Numbered from the stretch's first letter, positions 39,037-47,741 are shown. The stretch: DNA of 64,000 nt from Ohtaekwangia sp. (GCF_036786105.1 NZ_DAIQRQ010000002.1:16624-80623); one strand, 5' to 3'. Notes: generated by a model from the letters alone, not told the origin. Numbers and translations: made by a program.

Positions 39037-40227
39037 ATGAACATCGCCATGCTTGGTTCCGGTTTTATCGGACGTTTTTATGCAGATTCGTTGCAAGGCT
39101 ACAGAAGTAAAGATAAAATTGTAAGCATCTACTCTCGCAGGGAAGAGAGCGCTAAAAAATTTGCACAGGATTATAACGTTGCTTTTTCTACCATTAAAAT
39201 GGAAGAAGCGATCAACCGCCCTGAGGTAGATATTGTATGTATATCGCTTCCCAACAACCTGCATGAAGAAGCTGTGTTACTTTGCTGCAAGCATAAGAAG
39301 GGCGTTATCACTACAAAACCTTTGGGCCGCAATGCAGAGGAGGCCAAGCGCATGCTGGAAGCTGTAGAGAAAGCGGGTGTATTCAACGGCTACCTGGAGG
39401 ACCTGGTATATACGCCCAAGTTTATCAAGGCGATGGACAGTGTGAAGAACGGTGCATTGGGAAGAATACTTTGGGCGAAGTCGCGCGAAACACACCCGGG
39501 GCCGCACAGCGATTGGTTCTGGGATATTGAACAAGCCGGTGGCGGATGTATACTTGATTTAGGATGCCACTGTGTGGAGATTACCCGCAGCTATATCGGT
39601 AAAGATATAAAGCCGGTGGAAGTGATGTGCTGGGCCGATACACAGGTGAAACCGATCGATGCAGAAGATCATGCGATAGGCTTGGTGAAATATGAAAATG
39701 GTGCGATAGGCCAGTTTGAAGTGAGCTGGACATTTCGCGGGGGACTTGACCTGCGCGATGAAGTGATGGGAACCGAAGGTACAATCTGGATCAACAGCTT
39801 TCTGCGTACCGGCTTCGATATGTTCACTACAGGTAAAGGTGCCGACTATGTAGCAGAGAAAGCAGAGAGCAACACCGGCTGGTTATTCCCGGTAGGCGAT
39901 GAGCTGAACGAGCTTGGCTACAATCACATGTTTATGGATATGTTCAACGCTATGGAGAAAGGTATAGCACCAAAAGAAACTTTTTACGATGGTTACGTGG
40001 TAAATGCTATCCTTGACGCAGCGTATCGTTCGGCCAAAACAAAACAATGGGAACCGGTGAAGCTGGATATATGGCGCGGAAAAACCGGTGTATCGAAGGA
40101 CAGCCATTTGACGGAGTATGATGCCGATCATTACCTGGTAAAAGAAGAAGTAACGCACTATGGTGCACGCAAAGTGATTATCAAAAACAAGAAGACAGGT
40201 AAAATCACCGAAAAAGTATTAGATTAA
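39037..40227 (+). CDS. Gfo/Idh/MocA family oxidoreductase
   Basis: 396 aa with N-terminal Rossmann motif IAMLGSGFIGRFY and an EKPL-like TKPLG motif. Confidence 0.85.
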   Translation: MNIAMLGSGFIGRFYADSLQGYRSKDKIVSIYSRREESAKKFAQDYNVAFSTIKMEEAINRPEVDIVCISLPNNLHEEAVLLCCKHKKGVITTKPLGRNAEEAKRMLEAVEKAGVFNGYLEDLVYTPKFIKAMDSVKNGALGRILWAKSRETHPGPHSDWFWDIEQAGGGCILDLGCHCVEITRSYIGKDIKPVEVMCWADTQVKPIDAEDHAIGLVKYENGAIGQFEVSWTFRGGLDLRDEVMGTEGTIWINSFLRTGFDMFTTGKGADYVAEKAESNTGWLFPVGDELNELGYNHMFMDMFNAMEKGIAPKETFYDGYVVNAILDAAYRSAKTKQWEPVKLDIWRGKTGVSKDSHLTEYDADHYLVKEEVTHYGARKVIIKNKKTGKITEKVLD

Positions 40228-40268
40228 ACCATTTGGTATATATTGGATTAAGTATCTTCGAGTATTGT

Positions 40269-40691
40269 ATGAAGCATTACAGCATATTGCTATTGATTCT
40301 GCTCGCAACAGCATGCTCTGTAAAACGCACCGGTGAGAAAACAGGTGAAGTAGTGGGTGAATTTATCAAAGGTGCATCGAGCGGTGTTCAAAATTCTTTT
40401 AAGGTAGAAGTTGAACTCACGCCTGAACTCAGGCAACGTGGCCTTGAACTGGGAAAGATCATTATCGCCAATGATACAATGGGAGTTGATAATCTTGTGA
40501 GCGTATACTGTATATTTAACCAGGACTTTGATGATACTGTTATGCTAAAAGCATTCGACAATCAGAAACTGGAAACCGGCAGAAGTAAAAAGATCATCAA
40601 AGCAAAAAAAGATGATGCCGGTTTCTATGATTTCGCCTTCGATCGCAGAGCCAATCTCGATGCGGAAGATTGCCGGTTAGTTCTTCAATAG
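40269..40691 (+). CDS. hypothetical lipoprotein
   Basis: The ATG at 40269 gives lipoprotein signal MKHYSILLLILLATAC. About 140 aa with no recognised family. Confidence 0.55.
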   Translation: MKHYSILLLILLATACSVKRTGEKTGEVVGEFIKGASSGVQNSFKVEVELTPELRQRGLELGKIIIANDTMGVDNLVSVYCIFNQDFDDTVMLKAFDNQKLETGRSKKIIKAKKDDAGFYDFAFDRRANLDAEDCRLVLQ

Positions 40692-40714
40692 TATTTTAAA
40701 AACCCTCTAATAGC

Positions 40715-41173
40715 ATGAGACTTCTTTCCATTTGTGTTCTATTGATTCTTGCACTAAGCAGTTGTGAGCGAACAACACTATCACCAACGGAAATGCGGGT
40801 GATCTTGCACGAACGCAATGAAACGTTGGGTAAGTTTTTTAAGGAAGGCGATGTTGAAAAACTTGCAACCATGTATACCGACAGTGCCAAGCTTTGCCCC
40901 AATGGCGCAGTGGATATTTATATAGGCCGTGAAGCGATCAAACAATTCTGGAAAGAAGCGATGGAAGGCTCGCAGTTGCTCGATATGAAAACAGAAACAT
41001 TATCGGTGAACGGAAACCATGACCTGATCTATGAAACCGGTAAAACCACCACACATACAAAGTATCAGGATTCTGTTTATGTTTCTGAAGTAAAGTTTGC
41101 CAACGTATGGAAACGCCAGCAAGACGGAAGCTACCGCCTGGATGTAGACATCTGGAACGCCATAAAGCATTAA
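40715..41173 (+). CDS. SnoaL-like / DUF4440 (NTF2-fold) lipoprotein
   Basis: Lipoprotein signal LILALSSC. The pattern ...F..GD.E.LA.MYT.DA...P... and the C-terminal WKRQ.DGSYR match DUF4440/YybH-like NTF2-fold proteins. Confidence 0.65.
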   Translation: MRLLSICVLLILALSSCERTTLSPTEMRVILHERNETLGKFFKEGDVEKLATMYTDSAKLCPNGAVDIYIGREAIKQFWKEAMEGSQLLDMKTETLSVNGNHDLIYETGKTTTHTKYQDSVYVSEVKFANVWKRQQDGSYRLDVDIWNAIKH

Positions 41174-41229
41174 CCTTTGTGCCCCTTCGTTCCCTTTGTG
41201 AAACTGGATTTAGAATTTGAGGATATAGT

Positions 41230-42411
41230 TTATATCTTCTCTCCAAAAATCCCAGTAAATAACTTCCCTAATTTTTTCCGTGAGTATTTTTCTTCTGCCA
41301 ACGAACGGCTCTTTTGTTGTGCTTGTTGAAGCAAAGCCGCATCGTAAATATAGGGCTGTATCTTCTTCGTAAAGTCGGTCGGATATTTTGGGTCGCTATA
41401 GATTCCGCAGCCGCGTTGCTCGATTTCCTCTTTTATCCAGCCACCAAAATTCACCACGATCAATTTACCGGCGGCAAGTCCGTCAAAATATTTATTGGGC
41501 GAGCCTGTTTCCAGAACAGGCAAAGGCTTATAGCAAATGAAAGAAGCATCGGTAATATTCATGAGTTCACGAACACCATCGCGATTTGTGAAAGGGACGA
41601 ACGTGAAGTTATTCAATTGAATTTTGCGTGCGCTCTGTTGCAGACGACTTGCCATGCCACCTTCCCCACAGAGAAAGAAATGGATTGGTAATGATGCCTT
41701 CTGTGCATTGCGCGCACACTCAAGGAAATAATCAAGTCCATTGGCATAGCCAACGGCACCAATGTAGGAGACTACAAATTTACCTTGCACACTATATTTC
41801 TCTTCCAGGCGTGTGTCTTTGATTTCGGGAAAGTAAAAATCAGTATCCGCCATGTTGGGGATAAGATGTACTTTTTTTCCGGGGGCTCTCTTTTCGATCG
41901 CGTCTTTAATCATGGGCGATAAAGCCACCACAGAATCAGCTTGCTGATAGATGGTGCGCTCCAGGCTATAAAGAAACTGCTTGAAGAAATAATTTTTAAT
42001 CACACCAATCTGTATCGGAGCATCGGGCCACAGATCGCCTACTTCAAAAATATAGCGAATACCGAAACGGCTTCTGATCCACAGCGCAGCCAACCCAATG
42101 GTGAGCGGAACCGAAATAGCATAACAGACATCGATATCTTTAAATTTACCTGCAAGACTAACCGATTGAAAGATATATTTCAGGAATGAAAAGCTACGTT
42201 TGTAGAACCCAAATCTGTTCTCGTACGCGATAGGGAGATAATGAACTTCTATACCATCTACTTGCTCAACATATTGCTGTGTGCTATTAGAGCCGGTAAT
42301 CACAATCGTATCAATACCCTGATCGACCAGTGCCTTGGCGAGGTAATACGACCGGAGCGCTCCTCCTTTTTGGGGTGTATTGAAATGTTGGTGCAGGATG
42401 AGAACTTTCAC
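41230..42411 (-). CDS. glycosyltransferase family 4 protein
   Basis: GT-B fold. The N-terminal (V)KVLILHQHFNTPQKGG is typical of WcaI-like GT4 enzymes, and a C-terminal E-x7-E-like region is present. I prefer the GTG start at 42411, since the upstream 37 codons of the ORF are Cys-rich and atypical. Confidence 0.75.
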   Translation of the reverse strand: MKVLILHQHFNTPQKGGALRSYYLAKALVDQGIDTIVITGSNSTQQYVEQVDGIEVHYLPIAYENRFGFYKRSFSFLKYIFQSVSLAGKFKDIDVCYAISVPLTIGLAALWIRSRFGIRYIFEVGDLWPDAPIQIGVIKNYFFKQFLYSLERTIYQQADSVVALSPMIKDAIEKRAPGKKVHLIPNMADTDFYFPEIKDTRLEEKYSVQGKFVVSYIGAVGYANGLDYFLECARNAQKASLPIHFFLCGEGGMASRLQQSARKIQLNNFTFVPFTNRDGVRELMNITDASFICYKPLPVLETGSPNKYFDGLAAGKLIVVNFGGWIKEEIEQRGCGIYSDPKYPTDFTKKIQPYIYDAALLQQAQQKSRSLAEEKYSRKKLGKLFTGIFGEKI

Positions 42412-42543
42412 GATGCAAAGAAATAAAAACCGGCAACAGCACAAGATACCCACATACCAGTTTTTTGCTTCGCAGGAGCATAATTCCTCAACTTTAAACG
42501 CTGATGCCACAAAACCTTTCAAACCTGATGGTCTGACTTATCG

Positions 42544-42551
42544 TATTTTTG
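42544..42551 (+). promoter_or_regulatory. candidate -7 box TATTTTTG upstream of the DMT transporter gene
   Basis: TAnnTTTG match ending 10 nt before the ATG at 42562, which implies a very short leader. No clear -33 TTG is present. Confidence 0.3.
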
Positions 42552-42561
42552 ATTTTTATTC

Positions 42562-43479
42562 ATGGCAAAAACTCACGCTTCTCCATACTTTATAGGTGGT
42601 GTTATCATTGGCCTGGCAGGTGCTATTTGCTTTTCTACTAAAGCGATTTTCGTAAAACTGGCCTACCGCGATACGGCTATTGATGCCGTAACACTGCTGG
42701 CGCTTCGTATGCTGTTCTCATTGCCCTTCTTTGTTGTTTCTGCAACGATCGAATCACGCAGAGATACCAATACCCGGTTCACTACAAAGCAATGGATTGG
42801 GGTGGCTGCCGTTGGTTTGTTAGGATACTATATCAGCAGTCTGCTGGATTTTTTGGGGCTGCAGTATATATCAGCGGGTATGGAGCGACTTGTTTTGTTC
42901 GTCTATCCTACACTGGTATTACTGATGTCGGCTGTGTTCTTCAAGCAGAAAATAGCAAGATACCAGTGGATAGCCTTGATCATTACCTATGCCGGGCTCG
43001 CCATTGCTTTTATAAGTGAAGTAGACTGGAGTGAAAATCATAATACAAACTTCTACGTGGGGGCGTTGCTCATTTTTCTCTGTGCCATTACGTATGCCCT
43101 ATATATTGTTGGCAGCGGTCGCCTCATACCCATCGTTGGTGCCACCAAGTTCAACAGCTATGCCATGACCTTCGCATCGGCCGGTGTGTTAATTCACTAT
43201 GCACTTGCGGGCCATACATCAGTTTTCAATTTGCCGCCGCTGGTATATCTGTATAGTTTCATGATGGCCATTATAGGCACAGTGGTACCCTCCTACCTGG
43301 TTACGGAGGGCATTAAACGCATTGGGTCTGATAATGCCGCCATTGTAGGGAGCATCGGTCCGATGTCTACTATTCTGCAAGCCTATGTCTTTTTGCAGGA
43401 GCCTATATCGGTGATGCAGATGGCCGGTACCGTGCTGATCCTCGTGGGTATTTTGCTGATTGGCCGAAAAGGAAAATAA
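42562..43479 (+). CDS. DMT superfamily (EamA-like) transporter
   Basis: 305 aa with 10 predicted TM helices in two homologous halves. Confidence 0.85.
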   Translation: MAKTHASPYFIGGVIIGLAGAICFSTKAIFVKLAYRDTAIDAVTLLALRMLFSLPFFVVSATIESRRDTNTRFTTKQWIGVAAVGLLGYYISSLLDFLGLQYISAGMERLVLFVYPTLVLLMSAVFFKQKIARYQWIALIITYAGLAIAFISEVDWSENHNTNFYVGALLIFLCAITYALYIVGSGRLIPIVGATKFNSYAMTFASAGVLIHYALAGHTSVFNLPPLVYLYSFMMAIIGTVVPSYLVTEGIKRIGSDNAAIVGSIGPMSTILQAYVFLQEPISVMQMAGTVLILVGILLIGRKGK

Positions 43480-43598
43480 TGGCTCATGGCCGGGTACTGT
43501 AATTTCGGTATAAAATCGGGCTGCTTCAGTACTTTCAGGGGATAGTATTTATATACTTTCGGCAATTATCGGTAAGTTTCGAAAATTACTTATACGCT

Positions 43599-44249
43599 AT
43601 GAGATACGCCTTGATCATTTTTTTATTCATCCTTAGCCAGGTGGCTTTTGCACAGGATAAACAATACTCCTTCGTTTTTCTGAATAAGAAAACGGACGCA
43701 GTACAAATGCCTAAAGAGCAACTGGATAAAATCATGGAAGGGCACATGGCAAACATCAATCGCCTGGCAAAAGAAGGAAAGCTGCTTGCCGCCGGACCGT
43801 TTGAAGGTGGTGGAGGTATATTTATACTTAACACAAAATCAAACGAAGAAGCAAAACAATGGCTGTCAACCGATCCGGGTGTGCAGGCCAATCGCTGGAA
43901 TATTGAGATACTTCCGTTTACGTTTCGCATCGCATCGCCCTGTAAAGCTCCTGAACCGTATGAAATGGTTACATACGAATTTATACGCTTCGATGCCGTG
44001 GTGAGTAAATTTACTTCGGCCACCTATCCCGATATCATCCGGAAGCATGATGCGTTTTTAAAGAAGTTATCCGAGACTGGTAACGTGGTAATGGAAGGAA
44101 CCTTCGGAGCGCATGATGGTGGTATACTGATCATGCGGGGTGCGCTGCAACGCGAAGTGATTGAAGCTGACCCGGGATTGCAGGAAGGGTTGCTGGAGAT
44201 CAGTTACAAAAAGCTCTGGATAGCAAAAGGATCGTTTTGCGAAAAGTAA
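43599..44249 (+). CDS. secreted protein with two tandem YciI-like domains
   Basis: Signal peptide MRYALIIFLFILSQVAFAQ, then two YCII-type repeats: HMANINRLAKEGKLLAAGPF...DPGVQ and HDAFLKKLSETGNVVMEGTF...DPGLQ. Confidence 0.7.
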   Translation: MRYALIIFLFILSQVAFAQDKQYSFVFLNKKTDAVQMPKEQLDKIMEGHMANINRLAKEGKLLAAGPFEGGGGIFILNTKSNEEAKQWLSTDPGVQANRWNIEILPFTFRIASPCKAPEPYEMVTYEFIRFDAVVSKFTSATYPDIIRKHDAFLKKLSETGNVVMEGTFGAHDGGILIMRGALQREVIEADPGLQEGLLEISYKKLWIAKGSFCEK

Positions 44250-44864
44250 TTAATGGTGAAGCTCGAACGAATTGGCTTCTTCATCTTTGGGCAGTGACGA
44301 TGGATCGAAAAGAAACTCTTTCAATACTTCCCAAATCTTTCCATTGTGTTTGAGCAGAACAATACTCTCTACATCAAAGCGAGCGGAGAACTTTCGTTTC
44401 TGAAATTCTTCCCAGGCTTTTTCAAACATAGGTTTTTTCAGATCACGGAAAGCCAGCGTCATGTGCGGATGAAAGGGCAGATCTTTATACGCAGCATTAA
44501 ACAGATTTAACTCGCGTTTGCAAAAACGGTGAAGCTCTTTGCTGAGCAGTGTAAGGGCATCGTTGGGTTGAACATCAATGAAGATTACACGTGGTGCAAA
44601 CGCACTGAAATCCTGGAGCTCTATTTTGAAAGAAGGTCTGCCGAGTGCAAATTTAGCGAAGGCAAGCATCAACTCATTTTCTTTCTCTTCCTTCCATTTG
44701 AAAGGCATGTGCAGTGTAATGTGGGGAGGAGAGTTTAATGAAGCCTTGCTATTGTACTGCTCGCGGAAATAATTTTTCAACCGCAGGGCATCATCCGCGA
44801 TGGGTGGTGGCGGAACAAGGGCGATGAAATATTGCTTCAGCTTCTCTTCGCTTCGACCTGGCAT
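44250..44864 (-). CDS. 2H phosphoesterase / 2'-5' RNA ligase family protein
   Basis: Two HxTx motifs (PHITLH and PHMTLA) at the expected spacing. The start overlaps the 3' end of the upstream gene by 28 nt. Confidence 0.75.
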   Translation of the reverse strand: MPGRSEEKLKQYFIALVPPPPIADDALRLKNYFREQYNSKASLNSPPHITLHMPFKWKEEKENELMLAFAKFALGRPSFKIELQDFSAFAPRVIFIDVQPNDALTLLSKELHRFCKRELNLFNAAYKDLPFHPHMTLAFRDLKKPMFEKAWEEFQKRKFSARFDVESIVLLKHNGKIWEVLKEFLFDPSSLPKDEEANSFELHH

Positions 44865-45763
44865 AAATCTTCAAGTGCAGCTTTCAGGTCTGGAAATTCG
44901 AAAACAAATTCTTCATCTAATAATCTTTGCGGATAAACTTTTCTGCTTTTTAGCAGCAGCTCTGTTTCAGTACATATTAACCGGGCGCCCAAAGCAAGCA
45001 TCGGTACGGGCAACGGCAGGCCCACAGGCACCTTTGCTGCACCACGAAGTGTCTCCATAAAATGATGATTGGGCATGGGTTGTGGAGCGCAAACGTTATA
45101 CACTCCAAGTACAGCATGCTGCATCAGCCAATCTACAATGCGGCAAAAATCACGGATGTGAAGCCAGCTTACAAACTGGTTGCCAGAACCCTGATGTCCG
45201 CCAAAGCCGATGCGCACCAGTCGCAACAGTGGCACCAATGCGCCCCCTCGCGTACTCAACACAATCGCAGTGCGAAGAACAACTTTCCGGGTACGCGGTG
45301 TAATTTCATTTTTGAAAGCAGACTCCCATTGCTGACAAACGTCCTCTGAAAAGTTGTTTCCAACGTCTCCGGTATATTCGTCCATAAGCTTGGTATAGGA
45401 ATCGCGATATATAGTTGCTGAGCTGGTGTTCAACCAAACGGTTGGCGGCACCATACATCGCCTTACGGCTTCGCCCAGTATACACGTAGTATCGAGCCTT
45501 GAACTATATATCTCTTTTCGATTGTGCTCAGTATAACGGCAGTTAACGGATTTACCACTCAGGTTAATCAGTGCCTCGGCACGCTCCAGTTCTAGCGCCC
45601 AGTTGCCCATCGTTTTGCCATCCCAATATACTTCCTTTACGAAAGATGAGCCTTTGCCAGGGTTACGCGTAAGTATAACTACCTGCTTTTGCTGTGCAGT
45701 AAAATAATTTGCCAGTGCTCTGCCGAGGAAACCGCTGCCACCCGCTATAACAATGTGATTCAT
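44837..45763 (-). CDS. TIGR01777-family (YfcH-like) NAD-dependent epimerase/dehydratase with DUF1731
   Basis: 308 aa with N-terminal IAGGSGFLG and an SDR-like fold with a conserved C-terminal extension. Confidence 0.8.
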   Translation of the reverse strand: MNHIVIAGGSGFLGRALANYFTAQQKQVVILTRNPGKGSSFVKEVYWDGKTMGNWALELERAEALINLSGKSVNCRYTEHNRKEIYSSRLDTTCILGEAVRRCMVPPTVWLNTSSATIYRDSYTKLMDEYTGDVGNNFSEDVCQQWESAFKNEITPRTRKVVLRTAIVLSTRGGALVPLLRLVRIGFGGHQGSGNQFVSWLHIRDFCRIVDWLMQHAVLGVYNVCAPQPMPNHHFMETLRGAAKVPVGLPLPVPMLALGARLICTETELLLKSRKVYPQRLLDEEFVFEFPDLKAALEDLCQVEAKRS

Positions 45764-45802
45764 AATGCCGGAATTTAAATTTTAGAAAGGATACTATAGA
45801 TA

Positions 45803-45828
45803 CAGGGCATCGTTTAGCCGATGCCCTG
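45803..45828 (-). terminator. stem-loop terminator after the GbsR-membrane-membrane module
   Basis: Perfect 10-bp stem CAGGGCATCG / CGATGCCCTG with a 6-nt loop, 10 nt downstream of the stop at 45839. Confidence 0.65.
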
Positions 45829-45838
45829 CCGGAGAATG

Positions 45839-46201
45839 TTAAGCTGCAACTTTGTGTGCCTGCGCTTTTTTACGAAGACTGAAAAATATAAAGAGATTAA
45901 AGAAGTGCATAGCACCCAACACAAGAATGATCCAGCCGATCTTCTGGCTCAGCATTTCGATCATGCTTTGTGTACTGTCAATCGTCTCCCAAACCTTCAG
46001 GGTATATACCGCGTAGCCAATGTTTATCAGGTAAAAGCCCACCAACAAAAGTTTGTTTACGCTATCGGCCAGAAGCGCATCCTGGTGAAATATTTCCAGG
46101 AGAAATACGCGACCATTGGTAAAGATCGTTCTGGCTACCCAGATGGTAAGAATAATGGTGACGGGCAGATAAATGCTGTAAGTTATTACGGTGTAGTTCA
46201 T
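45839..46201 (-). CDS. hypothetical small membrane protein (3 TM)
   Basis: 120 aa with three hydrophobic helices and a basic C-terminus. Confidence 0.6.
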   Translation of the reverse strand: MNYTVITYSIYLPVTIILTIWVARTIFTNGRVFLLEIFHQDALLADSVNKLLLVGFYLINIGYAVYTLKVWETIDSTQSMIEMLSQKIGWIILVLGAMHFFNLFIFFSLRKKAQAHKVAA

Positions 46202-46228
46202 AAAGTATATAGTTAGCGTTAAATGATT

Positions 46229-46624
46229 TCAGAAGCTAAGGTGTGGAAGAAAGCCGCGTTTGATCTTAGGAAAATACCCGTTCAGGGTAATGACATAATA
46301 GTATATGCCTAAAGCCCAGGCCGGCAGGGTGAAGTAAAGTATACCGACCATCTCAGGGATGTGAATATATTCAGCCAGTACGCTGGCAAACACAAACAGC
46401 GACAGCAGGTAAACGACAGCCATTAACAGGTATCTTCTTCTTTGTGAGTTGCCTTTGGGATATGCAATGAGATGAATCACACAACTAAGTACTTGCACCA
46501 CACCAAGGTAGAATTGACAAGAAAGAAAGATCCAGATCAGATCCTCAGTAAAGAAGAATGAGGCAGTACAAACCAGTCCGGCTAAAAGCAACAGCGACTG
46601 TGCGAAAGTATCTATATATTTCAT
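46229..46624 (-). CDS. hypothetical small membrane protein (4 TM)
   Basis: I prefer the ATG at 46624 (MKYIDTFAQS...). Four hydrophobic helices. The longer ORF starting at 46684 would abut the regulator's stop codon. Confidence 0.6.
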   Translation of the reverse strand: MKYIDTFAQSLLLLAGLVCTASFFFTEDLIWIFLSCQFYLGVVQVLSCVIHLIAYPKGNSQRRRYLLMAVVYLLSLFVFASVLAEYIHIPEMVGILYFTLPAWALGIYYYVITLNGYFPKIKRGFLPHLSF

Positions 46625-46639
46625 ACTATTTATAATTTT

Positions 46640-46656
46640 GATATTTTCAGAAAATA
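46640..46656. promoter_or_regulatory. perfect 17-bp palindrome ATATTTTC-A-GAAAATAT between regulator and membrane-protein genes
   Basis: Read directly from the sequence. It lies in the 59-nt gap between the GbsR-type gene's stop and the next start. Confidence 0.3.
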
Positions 46657-46683
46657 TTGAAAGATTATAATAAAAAAATAGCA

Positions 46684-47187
46684 CTACTTCATCAGTTTCA
46701 ATACTACGTTCCAGAACCAGCTTTCTTCCGATTTGATAAAGGTTTCCAGCAGGCCATCTGATTTTTCGGCAAAATTTTTCAGGTCTTTCACTACGCGTTT
46801 CAGTTCTTTGGTTTCTTCGCTTCCGTCAGACTGTACATCGTTTACTTCTCGCAGCACACGCAGGATCGGCTCAAGCTCGCGCTTTCTTCTTTCTTTGGCT
46901 ACCTGCCGTGCCAATGACCATATATCTTTTTCTGACTTGAAGTATTCTTTACGCTCGCCCGGTATCAGTATACGGGAGATGATGCCCCAATCGAGCAACG
47001 CGCGAATGTTCATGTTTGCATTGCCACGGGAGATAGACAGTTCCTGCATGATCTCTTCTGTGGAGAGGGGCTTTGGAGAGATCATCAGCAATGCGTGAAT
47101 CTGTGCCATGGTTTTATTGAGGCCCCAGCTATACCCGAGGTTTCCCCAGGCCTGGATCAGTTCTTCTTTTGCCTCCGTGTATTTCAT
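46684..47187 (-). CDS. GbsR/MarR-family winged-helix transcriptional regulator
   Basis: The ATG at 47187 (MKYTEAKEELIQAWGNLGYSWGLNKTMAQIHALL...) matches the GbsR N-terminal wHTH pattern. The C-terminal region is helical. Confidence 0.8.
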   Translation of the reverse strand: MKYTEAKEELIQAWGNLGYSWGLNKTMAQIHALLMISPKPLSTEEIMQELSISRGNANMNIRALLDWGIISRILIPGERKEYFKSEKDIWSLARQVAKERRKRELEPILRVLREVNDVQSDGSEETKELKRVVKDLKNFAEKSDGLLETFIKSEESWFWNVVLKLMK

Positions 47188-47203
47188 ACGGACAAATCTA
47201 CCA

Positions 47204-47237
47204 AAAGTTTTCAAACTTTCAATACTTTTTGAAAGTT
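47204..47237. promoter_or_regulatory. operator-like overlapping palindromes upstream of the GbsR-type gene
   Basis: AACTTTCAA-tacttt-TTGAAAGTT has 9-bp arms (47214-47237). AAAGTTT-tc-AAACTTT spans 47204-47219. A minus-strand TAGATTTG -7 box sits at 47200-47193. Confidence 0.4.
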
Positions 47238-47249
47238 CGTATAAAAAGA

Positions 47250-47277
47250 AAACCCCGACTACTTGCAATCGGGGTTT
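47250..47277 (-). terminator. rho-independent terminator after the HU gene (T-runs on both strands)
   Basis: 9-bp stem AAACCCCGA / TCGGGGTTT, flanked by TTCTTTTT on the minus strand and CTTTTTTTTT on the plus strand. Confidence 0.7.
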
Positions 47278-47300
47278 CTTTTTTTTGATCTGTTATTTAA

Positions 47301-47570
47301 TTACAGTTTGCCTGAAAGCTCTTTGCTGGCTTTAAACTTAGCAACTTTCTTAGCTTTGATCTTGATAGTCTCCCCGGTGAAAGGATTGCGTCCTTTACGT
47401 GCAGCTCTCTTTGATACAGAGAATGTACCGAAACCAGTAAGCGTAAGCTTGTCACCTTTCTTCAGCGTTTTTTCAACGGCTGTCATGAAAGATTCGAGTG
47501 CTGTGCCTGCTGCTACTTTCGTGATACCTGCGTCTTCTGCGATCTTGCTAATCAATTCAGCTTTTGTCAT
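47301..47570 (-). CDS. hup: HU family DNA-binding protein
   Basis: 89 aa. MTKAELISKIAE...GFGTFSVSKRAARKGRNPFTGETIKI is a canonical HU sequence. Confidence 0.95.
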   Translation of the reverse strand: MTKAELISKIAEDAGITKVAAGTALESFMTAVEKTLKKGDKLTLTGFGTFSVSKRAARKGRNPFTGETIKIKAKKVAKFKASKELSGKL

Positions 47571-47741
47571 AAAGTGGTTTAATTAAAAATTATTTGATGG
47601 GGCACAAATATAGAGGCTTTTTGATTTCATCAAATGCCCATTAAACAAAAGTCTGCTGTGATCTATAGATCGCAAAAAACTTTTCGCTTCATCTATAGTC
47701 TGTGTGATGTATGAAGACGCTAAAATAAATCTGATCACTTA

